DNA of 63,681 nucleotides, filler included, from Bigelowiella natans CCMP2755 (GCA_000320545.1; 8 parts of 8 records of this genome joined end to end with filler, not necessarily neighbours in it); one strand, 5' to 3'. Shown: positions 14,364-28,662, counted from the first letter of the whole stretch. Program-made: numbers and translations. The notes: a model not told the origin generated them from the sequence alone.

Positions 14364-16446
14364 ACAATCTTCGTCGCTATCATTAATTACTAATATTTTT
14401 AGTAATATTTATTACTCTTTTATCCCAGCGCATAACAACGGTGTAGTAGATGCCAATGTTTTGGATCTGCATCAACAATAATAACAATAAAGAGCTATTT
14501 GTTACAGCTGCCTGCCGTGGCCACCGATGACAAATGGTGATGATGATAACGATGATGATCTGTCGTAAGAGTTATTATTATTATTATTAATTTGTTAATT
14601 AATCGCTGCTAACCCATCCATCAATAGTGCCGTCTGTCGATTGCACCCAGTCGCCCTACAATCATCATCATCATCATCATCATCATCACCACCACCTCAT
14701 CATCACAACAATTGTTATCGTTTTTGCTGCGGCTGATTCATGTTGTTGCTGCTGTGTGTTTGCATGTAGTATTGTGATATGTTAGCCGAGTCAAGTCGCA
14801 ACCGCCACCACCACCACAAGATACAGATTCGTTGCAGCGCATACAGTATTATTACCTCTATTATTATCATTACTATTACTATTATTTGCTGTACTACTAT
14901 AGTTATAGTAGCTGTAATGTACATTGCTATACAGCATGCAGAAGGCATCTTAAATGTCCAAATAGCAGCAGCAGGAGGAGGAGGAGGAGGAGGAAGAGAA
15001 TGACCTGTGCGAATGGTTGCGTAAGATAGACCATGAGCCCTCCGATGATATTGGACAGTATATCACGGCCAAACCATCCAAACGCCAAACCACCCAGTCC
15101 GGAGAAAGCCAGCACTCGCCCAACGTTCACACCTTATTCGCGCAGTTTTCGGAATATAAGTATATATATTAATATTTGTGTGTGTGTGTGTGTTTATGGT
15201 GTTTGGATTTGAGGCATGGATGTTAGGAGTTATCAGCAGCAGCAGCAGTAGCAGCATCATATTACTACCCACGCAGTCCAGCACGTTTAGCAACGTCGCA
15301 AAGAACACGATCACTCTGAGCGTCTGTGCAATGGCGGACACCTGGGACTCCCGTCGCGAAGTATCCGCGCCTTTTCATGCAAAAATAATAGTGACGATCC
15401 AGGACGATTTGTCAACGCCTTTTAACGAGGACAATGACCACGAAAGTGACAATGACCACAATATGCAAGCGTGTGCCTAAACTGTGTACAATACTGCGCA
15501 CTGACATTATCATCATCATCATCATCACCATCCTCTTTTAATGCTGCCATTATTAGCGTGTAGCAGCAGCAAGCACACCTAATATATCGCCAAATGTCGC
15601 ACGGCCTCGAGATCTCCTTTCCTAATTATTGGGATAATGTATGATTTGTACACGTTTGATGCCACTGAATATCGTCTATACAATTCGCTACTGAAGTTTA
15701 GCCCTCTTTCTCCTCCTCCTCCTCTCATATACTAACAGTCCTCCCTCCTTCCTCCTTAATCGTTAAACTTATTAAACCTTGAAGTAGGTAATATAGTTGA
15801 GAACAATCCAGCCGATGGCTACCCTTCCTGCAATTCGCTGAGCAACCTGATCATGGTATATATCGACGATGATGATGGGTGATGATGATGATGGCGTTGT
15901 TTGTGCTTTAAAAAATGCGGATACCACCATCAGCATCAGCATCAGCATCACGACAAAACAGCAGGAGCTGAACAACTCCTACCCACCCCGATGTAAAACG
16001 AGAGTTGCGTCATCTGAAAGTAGTGAGCAATCGATCCAAGCAGGTAGCTAACGAGCAGGGTCCACCAGGAAAGAACCTCCAATGGCGTCTCTAAAGGAGG
16101 ATAAATACTCCTCTCATAAGGAGTCTAAGTACGGGATGGGGATATAATCAGTTAGGGTGGTAGTACTGGTAGTACTGGTAGTATTTTACCCCCCCCCCCC
16201 CCTCTCTCTCACTGTGTGTGCTCATATGTGACTGCTTGTGCTCACTTGCTCTCCTTCGCATGTGATGAGGTCTATCCCTCTCATCATCATCATCAGCAGC
16301 AGCAGCAGCATCATCATAATGATCATAATCATAATTTACGGCGTATGGTAAGTAGGAGTGTTATCATCATCATCATCATCATCATCATTTTTTACGTTTG
16401 CTGGCTCGTCATCCTCCTTATTTCGCCTCCTTCTGACAATCGGCAT
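11345..16446 (-). CDS. MscS-family mechanosensitive channel (MSL/YnaI-like) with C-terminal coiled coil, multi-exon
   Basis: Exons: TLRVIVFFATLLNVLDC; VNVGRVLAFSGLGGLAFGWFGRDILSNIIGGLMVYLTQPFAQ; GDWVQSTDGTIDGW; IQNIGIYTVVMRWDK; QPLYIPNAKLS; IINASRMTNRRILLDIPLK; VREKLILGIHEILKSH. These follow the MscS TM3, beta-domain and C-terminal motifs. Confidence 0.85.
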
Positions 16447-16748
16447 CACAGCTTTTCGCAGGTTCTGGACTTTTGATTGTAGCCACCTATTAATGTATAT
16501 ATGTTCGCGTGCAGAAGGCACAAGAAGTATGCATGATAAAGGTCGGGTAGTGTTGCACGGATGATGAATTCATTAAGCGTTTTTAGAGTCAAAAGTGTCG
16601 CGTACTATTAGCAGTCAACTGTTAAGATTGGGTCACCTCAGAAATTGAAACCTCAGAGACACCAGCCACATCACCTAATAATACACATTCATGCACTTCT
16701 CGATGCGTACTTCGTACATCCCCCCTCTCGCTCTCGCTCTCTCTCTCC

Positions 16749-16792
<44 letters not shown>

Positions 16793-18271
16793 CAGTCTAC
16801 TCATCTAAAACATACTAAATATTACCGCGAGAATAGCATTTGCCCGAGATAAAACATTTGTCGCTCCATAGAAGACAGCCGGGCTCGTATGCTGATCAAT
16901 TGACGATTTCGTCCATTAAAACCATGTAATTTGAAGAAATTGTAATATATGAGAAGAAGTAAAGAAAGACAAAATCAAACAACACAAAATCCGCAGCAGT
17001 ATCGTATGATTGCTATGCACGTTATTTTATTGAAAATGGCATTAGAGTCGTAGTAGTCCACTCGTCCTACTACAGCCTACTACCAATTTTCCTGCGACGA
17101 CGGAGAGAGTGTTTGCTATCATTTCGCTCCCAACCCTAATTTATTAAAAAAGTCGCCATAAAACAACAACAACAGGGGAAGGAGGAAAACCATGCAATAT
17201 GATAAACATCGCATTCGAAAAATTTGTTGCTTGATCTTAACCATCCTGTACTATAAATGTTAGTATCACTAGCATTAGTTGTCGCTGGAAACTACAAGAT
17301 ACTACCCATCGCCCAGCCCAAGAGCTTTAATAACCTCAGCCTTACCGATGAAATCCTCCTAAATAAAATAACAAATAATCATGGGGGCATATTTACACTC
17401 TCAAATTCGTTACAATATCATAAATTGTCGCGAAAAATCGAACATATCCACAGCATCGAGTGGCGTATCATCCAGCCGATCGATGCACAGACGAGCAAAC
17501 CAACCTTATGAACGTTGGTGCGGAGTATCAACGCTCGAGATTGTTTTCTATTCTGAACAATTGGAGCGTGGGAAGAGGAATCATCCGTAAGCGAAGCAGT
17601 TTTGGGGTGGCGTGGCTGCCGCTGGTGGTACGGTCCAGGAAAATGATGATAAGAGTTATCCGGGCTTCTCCTCCCCCCCTTTCGAGGCAGTTGCCACCTG
17701 CATTGATCCGTTGGCATTTTGAGTGAGATCTCTGCATCCACTATCTCACAATGTGTTTTTGGATATTTAGATCTACCTTGTGAATTTTTGGCTCCCAGTC
17801 TTAGGCCATAACACTCGAGATTTCGATAACATGGAAGCCCTCTGTGAGACCACCGCAAAAAGGGAGACAACAACAGCCGCTAGGCCCACCATCTGCAATA
17901 CAAAAAAGTCGGGTATTGAAAGAGGACATTCGTACTTTGAAGATTAGTAAGATTGGGGCTACTGTTGATAGTCTCCAGAGAGGGACGGTCATATGTACAG
18001 GTTCCAGAAGGGGGGCAGGGGGTGGAGTCTGTGTAGACGTTGTGTTTGTGCGCTTTCTGTTTTTGGCTGAAAAGTATATTTCGGCAATCAAATTATTGTC
18101 GCATCTACCGGGATCAAGGCGATTTTGGTCCAGATTAGCAAAAGCCGACCTCCATTGATGTTGTCGTTAGGGTTGTCTCTTATTCCAATAACTGTTGTTA
18201 TTGTTGGCGATTTCGTTATCTTGTGGCTACATCTATACGATATTTACACGATAGACGTAAACCTGCTTCTC

Positions 18272-20324
18272 CAGGTGCGCAACTCCGAGGAGGATTGTAG
18301 GCGTAGACGTCACTGCTTCCGACGCTATTTTCCGCAAAACGCTAGCCTGGGATCAGAATTCGATGAGGATATACATCAAGCCAATACTTGGAGCTCCCCA
18401 AATGGAAGCTCGTGGAATGCTTCAAGATACCGTAAAATCCTTGAAGATTCGGGTAAAAACAACATCATCTCCGTTCGTCGTCATTGTGTGCGGGATTGTC
18501 GTTGAAATTGTTCGTGCCTAGGTGTGGGCGAAGCTCAAAATCCCCCCAAGCCATCAAAAGATGGTTTTCTCTGGGAAAGTTCTCGAGGATAGCAGAACTA
18601 TTCAAGATTGTAGAATAGTGGACGGCTGCAGCATATATCTTGTCATTAATGCTGGGCGAGAAGCTGTCCAGATAAAGATTCGACATTTGTGCGGAGATCC
18701 ATTCCGAGTGACGGTAGATAGGAGATGGACCACAATTGCGACAATAAAGCAGTACATAAAGCATACACTCCAAGTGCCCCTTGAATCTCAGGTGCTACTG
18801 CGATCTGGAATGATTATGAGCAACGAGCAGACATTGAACAGCATAGCCTACCAGAAGACAGATACTTCATTCTTTTTAGTACCTTATTCGCTTGAGGACC
18901 TTAACGCAAGTGCTACAAAGCAGATACAGCTAAGAGAGCAAAAAGCTCGGAGTAACAGAGCTGCACTCCTGATTCAAAAATGGTGGCGAGGAATCTCAGC
19001 TAAGCTAAAAGAAAAGAAAAGACAGCTGGCTTCTACATATATTCAATCATGGTTTCGTGGGTACTTGGGAAAAATCAGACTTAATTTAGCTGTGAGTACC
19101 ATTAAGGCTAAGCAGCACGCCAGACTTCGAGAAGTTCTTCGTGTCTGGAGGTGGCATGCAGTTCGGAGAGCTTTTGAACTCTGGAGGAGGGCGTGTTGTG
19201 CAAGAACAACTGTGGATGATGATGATGATGATGATAAGGAAGAGGAGGAGGAGGAGGAGGAGGAGGAGGAGGCTGATCTTCTTCTTCGAGAGGAAGAGCT
19301 AATGGAGAAAGAGATGAAAAGTCACTCCTCTATCTACATCCAATCTTGTTCATCCGGCGAGTACACTGGAGGCGTCAAGCTTAAGATAGCTGTGGATGAA
19401 ATGAAAAGGAGGATGGTGTCCACCGGGGAAGCTGCTGCGATGATCCGTATTATCCAACAACAATGGTTGCTACTGCTGCTGCTGCTGCTGCATAACCAGT
19501 TGTTTAAATTTACTTGTCGAAATCTAGCCCGAGAAGCTAGATCAGTTCTCTTGAAATGCCTGAACAGTACAATTTTGGATTTCGAAGAAAGAGAAGAGTG
19601 TATTCAGGCTGCTCTTTATCGTATTCAACATAATATCCCAAAGTATGCAGCAGCTTGGTATTATCGCACAGCAGGCGAATTAGAAAGTAGCAGGCCATTG
19701 CTGCTTTCAGTAACTTCTGTGAATAATGAGGAGACGGGATGCGATCTAGGGTGTGACGTCGCGTTTTTATCCTGTATCTACAGAGATCACGGAACGTTGA
19801 TATACTCAGAAAAAATCAGTAAAATTAATAAATGGATTAAAGCTGCAATGTGCAACGATATAATTCAATTCTTGTACCGGGTGAAATTCTTGCGTCGTCG
19901 TCGTCGTCTTAACGATCTTCACCTACGAATACTGCCATGGATAATTACTCCTATATCAGTATCTAAGAACGTGAGAACATCGCTTCACTCGCATAGTGGC
20001 AGATACTACATGTTGGGCGATGAACCAGTAGAAGAAGCGGCAGGAACGACAAAAGAAAAGGTAGGAGGAGGAAGAGGAAGAGGAGAAGGAGGAGGTTCCA
20101 AGGATCAAAGAGGGTTTCAGGTCATTGATAGTCATTCTCCAGCTAGTGGACCAGGACGACAGTTCTGGCGCCAACGTAGTTATTGCCAACAGAGGAGAAG
20201 GATGACGAGGAGAAGGACACGTAAAATTGAAGTGGTGATAATCCGATATATCAAAAGGATACTGGCAGTAGGTGCTACTTTCATATTGATGCTCTTTCTT
20301 GCTGGAGGGGTGGTAACGCAGTGA
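18272..20324 (+). CDS. Protein with two ubiquitin-like domains, IQ calmodulin-binding motifs and a C-terminal hydrophobic anchor; further 5' exons likely
   Basis: MRIYIKPILG...DTVKSLKIR spliced to VWAKLKIPPSHQKMVFSGKVLEDSRTIQDCRI (UBL1); TIATIKQYIKHTLQVPLESQVLLRSG (UBL2); AALLIQKWWRG and STYIQSWFRG (IQ); ILAVGATFILMLFLAGGV at the C-terminus. Confidence 0.75.
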
Positions 20325-21589
20325 GAGCGCGGCCTTCATCAACGGTTCCTACAGCAAGCGATGGCGATGGGTTCAATTACATGGTATTAACAAACCGGCA
20401 TGGTATATGTTATGTATCAATAGATGAGATTTCATGCTTGCGGGATCCAGAGTATTGTGTTTGTTCGCAGAGGTCAAAATGATATGGTTCTACCGATGAT
20501 GTTTTTTTATGTCTGTATATAATATGCATATATTATATACACTATATATGTACATATCTAAAAGTATTTCCAGTAGATATTCAGTGCTGAGCATAATAAG
20601 CCATGAATTTTTGTCAGCCGGGGTGGGGACAAAGAAACTGAGAAATGGGATGAAGTAAGCTTCCACAAGCCTAGTCAAGACGAAGACACGATAATAAGCT
20701 TTGGCATGCACATATTATACAATACACGAATACAGCAATAAAGACTTGGCACAAGTAGCGCTAGTTGGTCTTTCTGCTACTGTGTATGCATGTGTTTGCA
20801 CTGTTGCATCTACATACACATGTAAACAACAAGACTGGCAAATTGATAATACAAATGTACATTTTTACCATTATCGAATGCGCGCGCTACGCTACGTATC
20901 ACATTTAATGATTATGTAGTAATGCTTGCATGCTTCGATAAGGCCACATCAGACCGCTAGGAAAATAACACAATACACTCGTAGCAGTGCCCTTCATTGC
21001 TTGTGATATTCCACGAGCATTCTGGATCGTAAACGAGCGTGCGAATACTGTTACAAAACAGTTCGGCCTTTCTGATTTAAATCTAGAATTATGTGTTAAT
21101 AATTTTGCGTGCATGTATGTAGGGCACACAGAGCGCACATTCAGCAGCAAAGCTAGAAAGGCCAATTATGTAGTACTTATTGCATGCACAATAGCTAGCA
21201 CTTTGTTCAATCTCTGGCAATTGCTTACTAAAGGACGACAAATGCATTGACAGTAACTAGGTACGACGATTTGAATGACGAAATGCTAGAAGATTCTCCA
21301 ATTGGCGGATTATAGCTTCGATATGTATATTTCATCTAAAGCTCGATCTCCAGCTGACGAAGGAAACTGATTAAGTAAGATATCATGAAAAATATCAATA
21401 CGCATCGTCGATATTCTGCTTCGGAATATATGCAGGAAATGCGAAATTATGTTGCCAACTTTGATCGTAGGCTGCAGCTTTAGTATTGGGGATGTACCGC
21501 ACCATCAACAACGCAACATAAATCGGCTATGATCGATTACCGCATTCCCTCATTTTTTGAATTATGCCAAAATATCATCACTTCTTTGA

Positions 21590-22258
21590 GACCATCATTT
21601 CGATAAAATCGTGCTTGTTTTCATGTTGAACGGTGTGTCTCGATGCGCTACATCATGCAGACTCCATCCAGCGTCTCTCTTCTCTCTGTTCTCGAAGGAA
21701 TACAAAGACGTTGCTTCTACTACCTTCTTGCGGAACTTTGTCGACGTAAACTCAACAAGCTGTCGCACATGTAGGGGTTCCTTTGGGAACATCAGACACA
21801 AACAAATCAGAAGCATTCTAGTAAGTTCCTTCAAAAGAGAATGCAATTTCCTATCGATGATGCTCTGCACTTCCCCCCTCCTCCCCGCCTTCCTACTTCG
21901 CTGAATAATATCTGTTAATAAGCAACTACAGCTGTTCCTTTCTTTCTTTCACCGTACGACACTAGACTATACTACTACTATATACTACTACTACTACTAC
22001 TAATACTACTACTACTACCTGGCGGCCATCTGTACCAGCCACTCAGCCGAGGCAGCAAGCTTAATCTCACTCCCTGTCATGTATGTTTGCATGTAAGCAT
22101 GTAAGCATGTAAGCATGTATGATTATAGGTATGGTGCATATGCGCACTACCTCCTGCACGGTTTTATAAGAATAGTAATAATAATGATGATAATAATGAT
22201 AATAATAATAATAAAACATGACAAAGGGAGGCAGAGATAGTAGGCCAATCATAACACA

Positions 22259-22299
<41 letters not shown>

Positions 22300-22470
22300 A
22301 CACACACACAGACACACACACGCGCGCGCGCGCGCGCACAGTACAACCTACGTAACGGCGAGTATACAAACGCTCCATATAAGCGATCATCTGTGGAGTT
22401 CATATAAGAGGCGGAACACGATGAGTTGGGAGAAAACCGATATTAATATATATTTGGGAGAAAACCGATA

Positions 22471-22529
<59 letters not shown>

Positions 22530-22697
22530 CGGGGAGAAAGGCAGAGGAGAGGAAGAGAATGAGGAGAGAAAGCGACATGACAGAATATAGGTTTTACCTT
22601 GGACACGATGAGCTGTATTCTTGCCCTTTGAAACATATCCCTAATGCCCACTATTCGGCTAGCTAACTGTAGAACACATTATCATGCGGAAACAACT

Positions 22698-22744
<47 letters not shown>

Positions 22745-23126
22745 AGAGAACGACAACAATAACAAAAAGGACAACAGCGATGGCTCCTTCTTTGCTGACA
22801 ACTTAAACCTCATAGTGATGGTGAGAGACTACTGCGTGTATTTGGCTAGTGAGAATACTTCCTAACTTAGCGCCTTCATATTGCAGATGTTTGCTACAAC
22901 TTACTTCTACTTTTACTATTACGTTTCAGCGCATTGCATTAAGGATGATACACATAATTTATAGACATCATCGCCATGTTTATAAATGTAATAAAGCTGC
23001 AAGCTGCATCATAGATAACAACACGCAATCACGCCTCTGCTACAACTCAGTACCACCTTGAGTACATGCCGTATTGTATGCTCATTAGAGCGTCCATACC
23101 CTTCTATTATAGCCTGGGCAGCATAC

Positions 23127-23159
<33 letters not shown>

Positions 23160-23310
23160 CACCATCGTGGCCCCACAATCACCATTCCTTTGAAGGATAT
23201 TACTAAGAAAGGGTTGTATGTGATCCTACCACCCAACTACTACTACTACCACTATCACCACTACAAAACCAACAAATGGACAAGGCTGCGTTCTATGGCG
23301 GTATATCAGG

Positions 23311-23355
<45 letters not shown>

Positions 23356-23580
23356 TATAGNNNNNNNNNNNNNNNNNNNNNNNNNNNNNNNNNNNNNNNN
23401 NNNNTTAATTAATTAANNNNNNNNNNNNNNNNNNNNNNNNNNNNNNNNNNNNNNNNNNNNATATACCGGTGGTAATTTTACAGCAATGCAAGTTTCTTGT
23501 ACCTCGGGAGAAAGAATGAATCAAGCTAAGAGGGGTGTCTTACCGTCAATGGAGATCAGGCAATTTCTCGGTAGCGTTCC

Positions 23581-23619
<39 letters not shown>

Positions 23620-24241
23620 CATCGGCGGGGGGGGGGAGGGGGGGGGTAGGTGTGTTTGCTTTACTCACTTGCAAATGCTATCATCAGCAATGGCTATGTC
23701 ACCAGGAGGAGGGGGAGGAGGAGGATCATCAGTGCCGAATAACACCGGTCCGCACATATGAGTATATATACAAAGCAGGATTGCGTGTTGTCTTTGAAGC
23801 GAGTTTTCACAGCCGTCACACGGTACATGGCATTGAATACAATGTGCATGATATGAAGGTGGGGCGATCAATATGAGCGCTGGCAGCTTCCCAGCCGCTG
23901 CGGTTATGACTACGAGAATACCTCCGCAGCAACCACAAAAGGTAGTGATAGCGAGCGCCTCCTGAGAAGTGAAATATTCGGTGGAGGTTACGATCTAATG
24001 CGTATGATGTCGTTTTCTTGCGTTATAGTATTGTACATGCTTCGCTGCCATTCTGTTCGTCATTCATCACCGCCGATTTGGGGTGATGATTCTGGATATT
24101 TGCATTCTTGCTCCTTTCGTATTGACCACATTGGCCCTTCGTAATACACTACATTCGACGCGACTTGCGAACGTTGCACAGCACATTCCATTTCTGACGT
24201 TTCAAACAAGTTGCGGTTTCGACGATGTATGCTAGATAAAC

Positions 24242-24285
<44 letters not shown>

Positions 24286-24500
24286 TTTACATTTATATCT
24301 ATATCAATATTCATATGAATTCATATTGGAGCTCGTAACTGAAGCTCAATCATTGCTACTACTACTACTACAGCAACCCTCGAAAGACGACATTTTTGCA
24401 TTCGCGAACATCCTTGAGGATATGAAACAGTGACGAAGAAAGGATCTAGAGGATAGGAATTCCACGCCGAAAGCGGCACGACCAGTGGTTTCTCCCGTGT
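21590..24500 (-). CDS. Probable multi-exon gene of unknown function spanning the first gap
   Basis: Coding-like exons on both sides of the spacer (SIIDRKLHSLLKELTRMLLICL; GIRDMFQRARIQLIVSK; GGRITYNPFLVISFKGMVIVGPR) between SSR-rich introns. Confidence 0.35.
23361..23460. other. Artificial 100-bp gap spacer N44-TTAATTAATTAA-N44 (six-frame stop linker)
   Basis: Identical spacers also at 47574-47673, 50256-50355, 52427-52526, 56600-56699, 58381-58480 and 61281-61380. Confidence 0.97.
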
Positions 24501-25381
24501 TGATAGTAAAGCTAAAAGATGCACAGAAAGCCACATAATTGTAGAAAGCAGGCAAGGTTTTCAATGCGTCTTGTGCCTTGCTAGCTTGCACGAGATGCAT
24601 GTATAATTGCATTTGCATGGCATCGATCAAAGTTGAAATGTTCATTCGTATCGTAAGGTTGTTCCATTGAACGCGTTTTAGATGTGCTGATGACACAATT
24701 GTGTGCACACACACGTGGTCGCACACACACGTACACGCTTCATGGGCGCAGCCAACATTTCTGTGCTTTCTTCACAGAGACTGTACGAAAGCACTCATCG
24801 CATTGTTTGTCCATTGCACTGGCAAGCTGCATGGGCGTGGTAGCGTGTTCATTTTGGAAATGCGTGCGCTACATTGAACATGGATGTCACGTACGCATGA
24901 TGCTAGAATGATGCGATGCATGATGCGTTAGCGAAGTCGAACGTGTCAGCGTGACACAGCTCCGTCAAAACCGGTAACAATTGAGTTGTGAACAGCACAG
25001 CGCTTCACGACGCGCTTTGAAGCAGCAGGCAGTTGCAGTTGGTCAAGGAAAAGTCATCAGAGCTCGTCCGGTGGCCAAACCTCAAAAAATGACCGAAACA
25101 TTGACCAACACATGTCATTCCATGTTGCATGAAGCTGAACACCGGCACATCGGAGCGCACGGTAGGTGACCAGGGGGACACAGTTCGCCTCCTAAGCACT
25201 TCTTTGCGTGTGCAAGCGCGTGCAAAGATGTTTTGCGCTGTTTGACCGCTTCAGATTCGCCAGGAGGCACGCACATGCATGCGTGCGGCTGCTTCGCATG
25301 CATTCGCCCGCCATGCTAGCGCATGCTCGATCCACCTAATCCTAGACACCATGTTGTGTTGTGCACATTGCATGCACATCT

Positions 25382-28354
25382 TCAACGTGCACATGCATTT
25401 GCATGTTGACATGTGACATGGCTCATGTGCGCATGTGTTGTGCTTGCTTTGTCCATTGTTGCACATGAAAATGAGTCATTCCACTGCAGCTTGATGTTGC
25501 AGCTGGCAGCAGGATTGTGCACACAAAACTCCACGACGTGGCTTTCTAGACGTTTCTTGTAGGTGAATCCTCTCTGGCAGTGGGTGCACCAAAATTTGTG
25601 CCTCTCCAGTGTTGCTGGCACAAAATGAGGCCTGAGCAGCATGAAACCTGCCTGTGAACAAACCTTTGACTCCATTTTGGTGAATGTGTCAAAATGGTTG
25701 TTGAAAAATCTGAGATTCTCGCGCTCCATGGCATCAGTCCTAGTGAATTTTGGGCCTCCTTTGCTGAGAGCATCTTCTCCTCCTGAAGTCGAAGCATTTG
25801 TGAAGAATGGAACCAGCTCTTTGCTTCTCTCAAACATCTCGACTGAATGGTTGAGAAAGCTGTGAGCACACGGAGTGATGGTCACTTTCGGCATTCCTTT
25901 CTTCATGAACGCACTGGATCCCGGCAAACCTTTGCCGCCTTCCATTGGTCCAGACAACACGTCACAGATTTCACTGCGAACGTCTTCAGAGCAAGAAGAG
26001 GGGCCTTCCCCTGGCCAACTCCAAAGATTTTCGTGCAGCTCCGTGATCTTTCTGATGCCGTTGTGGAATTTTTCACCTCTCCCAGGTGTTGCTGGAAAGC
26101 AACGCTTGAAGTCAAAATGCTTTGCAATCTTCAACGCCATGGTGTGACTGACGCTGCCCCATGTCCAGCCTCCCACAGCGTCAGGATCCACATGTTTGCA
26201 AGCTGTCATCTCAAAGCTTTTCCAACCCATCTTCTTGTTGGAGGACACTTCGTCGTGCATCACAGATGTTGCATCTCCGGGCCGTGGGAATTCGCTGTTC
26301 AGGGCCTCGCTCCAACAGTGCGCTGTTGGCTCATCGAATGCAAATCTGCACACAAAATGCATCCCCTCCATCCATCGTCTTTGCATCGGAATGAAGTGAA
26401 AGCAATCTGCATCTCGCTGTCCATGCTTGCCAGTGCTGGTTTCAGAGAAGCGCCTCACGTTCGTTTTCCACCACTTCTTCAGATTGGGACGCGCACTGAC
26501 TGGGCACCAGCAGTGAAGACAATTCTAATCCGTCTTCACACTTGATCGGAATGAAATCATTCCACTTCCTAACTGCTGCCATTTGGCATCTCCAGTCAAA
26601 TGCAGTGCCACCTTCACTTTCCAAGACTCATCTCCCTTCTTGAAGGTCAGTCCATCCTTTTGCAGTTTTTCGAGACGATCCAGCTGTGTTTGGAGTTGGT
26701 CCATGCATGCTTTCCCTTCCTTTCCCAACAGAACAGAAAGAATGCATTGTCTGTCTTCACGAAACACTTGACGCCCTTCATTGAGAATTCCAAATTGGAA
26801 CGTGACCGAGTGCATGCTTCTTCCGGTTCTCCTTCCATCGCCCTGATTTTGCACAAGATGCAAAGCACAAAGTGAAAACTGATTTGTCGACGATTCGGAG
26901 AGGGAGGGAGCGACTTTGAATGCCTCCATCATCAGATGCACTTCGGATTCTCGGCTCAAACCTCTCTTTTCCAAAAGGCATTTCAACCATTTGTTGGGTC
27001 CAACATGAAAATGTTTGTCACCAATGTCCAGGTCTAGTGTCCCCTGTGCAATGTCCTTGCATTCTGCCATCGCCTTGTTGAGATTTTGTTGAGCAGGTGT
27101 GGAATCACCGGCGACCATTCGCATCTCTTGCAATTTCTTTTTTGACAATTGATGGGTGTTCAGAAGTGTGAACTTGTCGAGAAGCATTTCATTCTCCTTT
27201 GACCCCGGTTTCACAGAAACAATGACTGCATCTCTTGATGCGTTCTGAGTTGGTTTCACAGTTCCATGTCCTTCAACCATGAAGTGGTTTTCTGAAATTC
27301 TGGTCTTGGCATTCTCCATCTTCTCTTCCACAGATTTGCGTCTTCCATGTTTCTGGGATCTCGACAATTCATCATGTGGAGTCGATGATGCTCTGGTGGG
27401 ATTCAACATTCGGTCTGACTCCTGAACACAGCACATGCATGTCAGTTCAACATGTGTTGTGTGAATGTTGTTTGACTGCCGCGTGTCACACCTTGGTCTT
27501 CTCCTTCATCTCTCTGAGTTTGGCATTCGCCTTCTTCAGACTTCTCGTCCTGTTCTCAAGTGCGTTCTCACGCTTTTTTGCCTTCTGTCGGGCATCTGCA
27601 CATTTTTTCTCTTCTTCTTCACATCGTTCCTTCTGTGAACGGGTTTCAAGTCTGGCACTCTCCAGCTCTTTGCGTGGCACTTGCATGCCACCTGCATGCT
27701 TTTTCTCTCTCTCCCAGTCGGACTTGATTGCACTTTCTGGAATGACCTTCTTTTCGCTGAGCTCTTTGACACTTTCTTCACATCGTCTCAAGCAAGACTT
27801 CGTCTTCCTCAATTTCACAGCAGCTTGTTGGAGCTTGTGGTTGGAATCTCGAACTGTTTGCTCATGGAATTCTTTGGTCTCCTTTGATTTTGCCCTGAGT
27901 CTGTCCATCTGCAAGGTCCTGTTCTCCAGCTTGCTTGTCAATCCAGAAACAGTGTGTCGAGAAGACCGAGTTTCTCCTTTCAAAGTTCCTAGTTCTTCAA
28001 CTACAAGCTTGTGTTTGGATTTCCAAACCTCGCATTTGGATTTCCAACTCTCGCATGACTCAGATTTTGTTTTCAGTTGACTCTCGTGTGCCTCAGACAT
28101 TGTTTTCAGTTGACTTTGGTGTGACTCAGACATTGTTTTCAGTTGCTTGTGAAACTCAATGGATTCCTTGATGAGCTCCGTGGATGTGATCTTCTCTGGC
28201 TTCTGGCGCTTCTGAGGAGGTGTGGTGCACTTCGAGATGGCGCAATTGAAAACATTTTTCTCCAGTAGCGGTCCGTTTTCGACTTGTGTTTCATGCTTGG
28301 TGTGGCTCCAACGCTCTCAATTGAGCGCGCCAAAGGGGGGGGAGCGTCAGGCAT
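25382..28354 (-). pseudogene. RAG1/Transib/Chapaev-like DDE transposase with N-terminal coiled coil and C-terminal zinc finger; one intron (27422-27491), in-frame TAG at 26525-26527
   Basis: ORFs 26525..27436 and 25382..26458 share a frame. Motif order: QGDGRRTGR (D1), LTGDAKW (D2), NCLHC, EGMHF, WTWGS, ITPCAH..NH, AMERENL (E), CTHCQRGFTYKKRLESH. A phase-0 intron AAG|GTGTGA...TTCAG|GAG joins the upstream 215-aa coiled-coil ORF. The 5' end appears frameshifted. Confidence 0.7.
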
Positions 28355-28662
28355 TCTCGGAACGGCTTCCCGCTCAAAATCAACTGCAAATGCCAAGGTT
28401 CACCGGTTGACAACTGTCAACACCGGGGGTGCTCAAATTTTTCCGAGAACACAGGCGATGACCAACTCATCCATCATCATCATCTTTTCTTTTGTCGCTA
28501 AATGCCAATTCGGCCCCTGTCAACTGGATTTCTTGGGGAATTTTGAGAAAGCGACTTGACGAAATCTCTGTCGTTCAACACCATTCTTCAATTTGGCGCC
28601 CAATGCCCTCTCCCACCCCCAAGCTTTGTGTCAGTCGTCACGGTGGAACGCCAAAACGAGCC

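Noticed and set aside
1-23360. Many short ORFs with poly-CV, YI, H, S or ER tracts
   Set aside because: Translations of intronic microsatellites.
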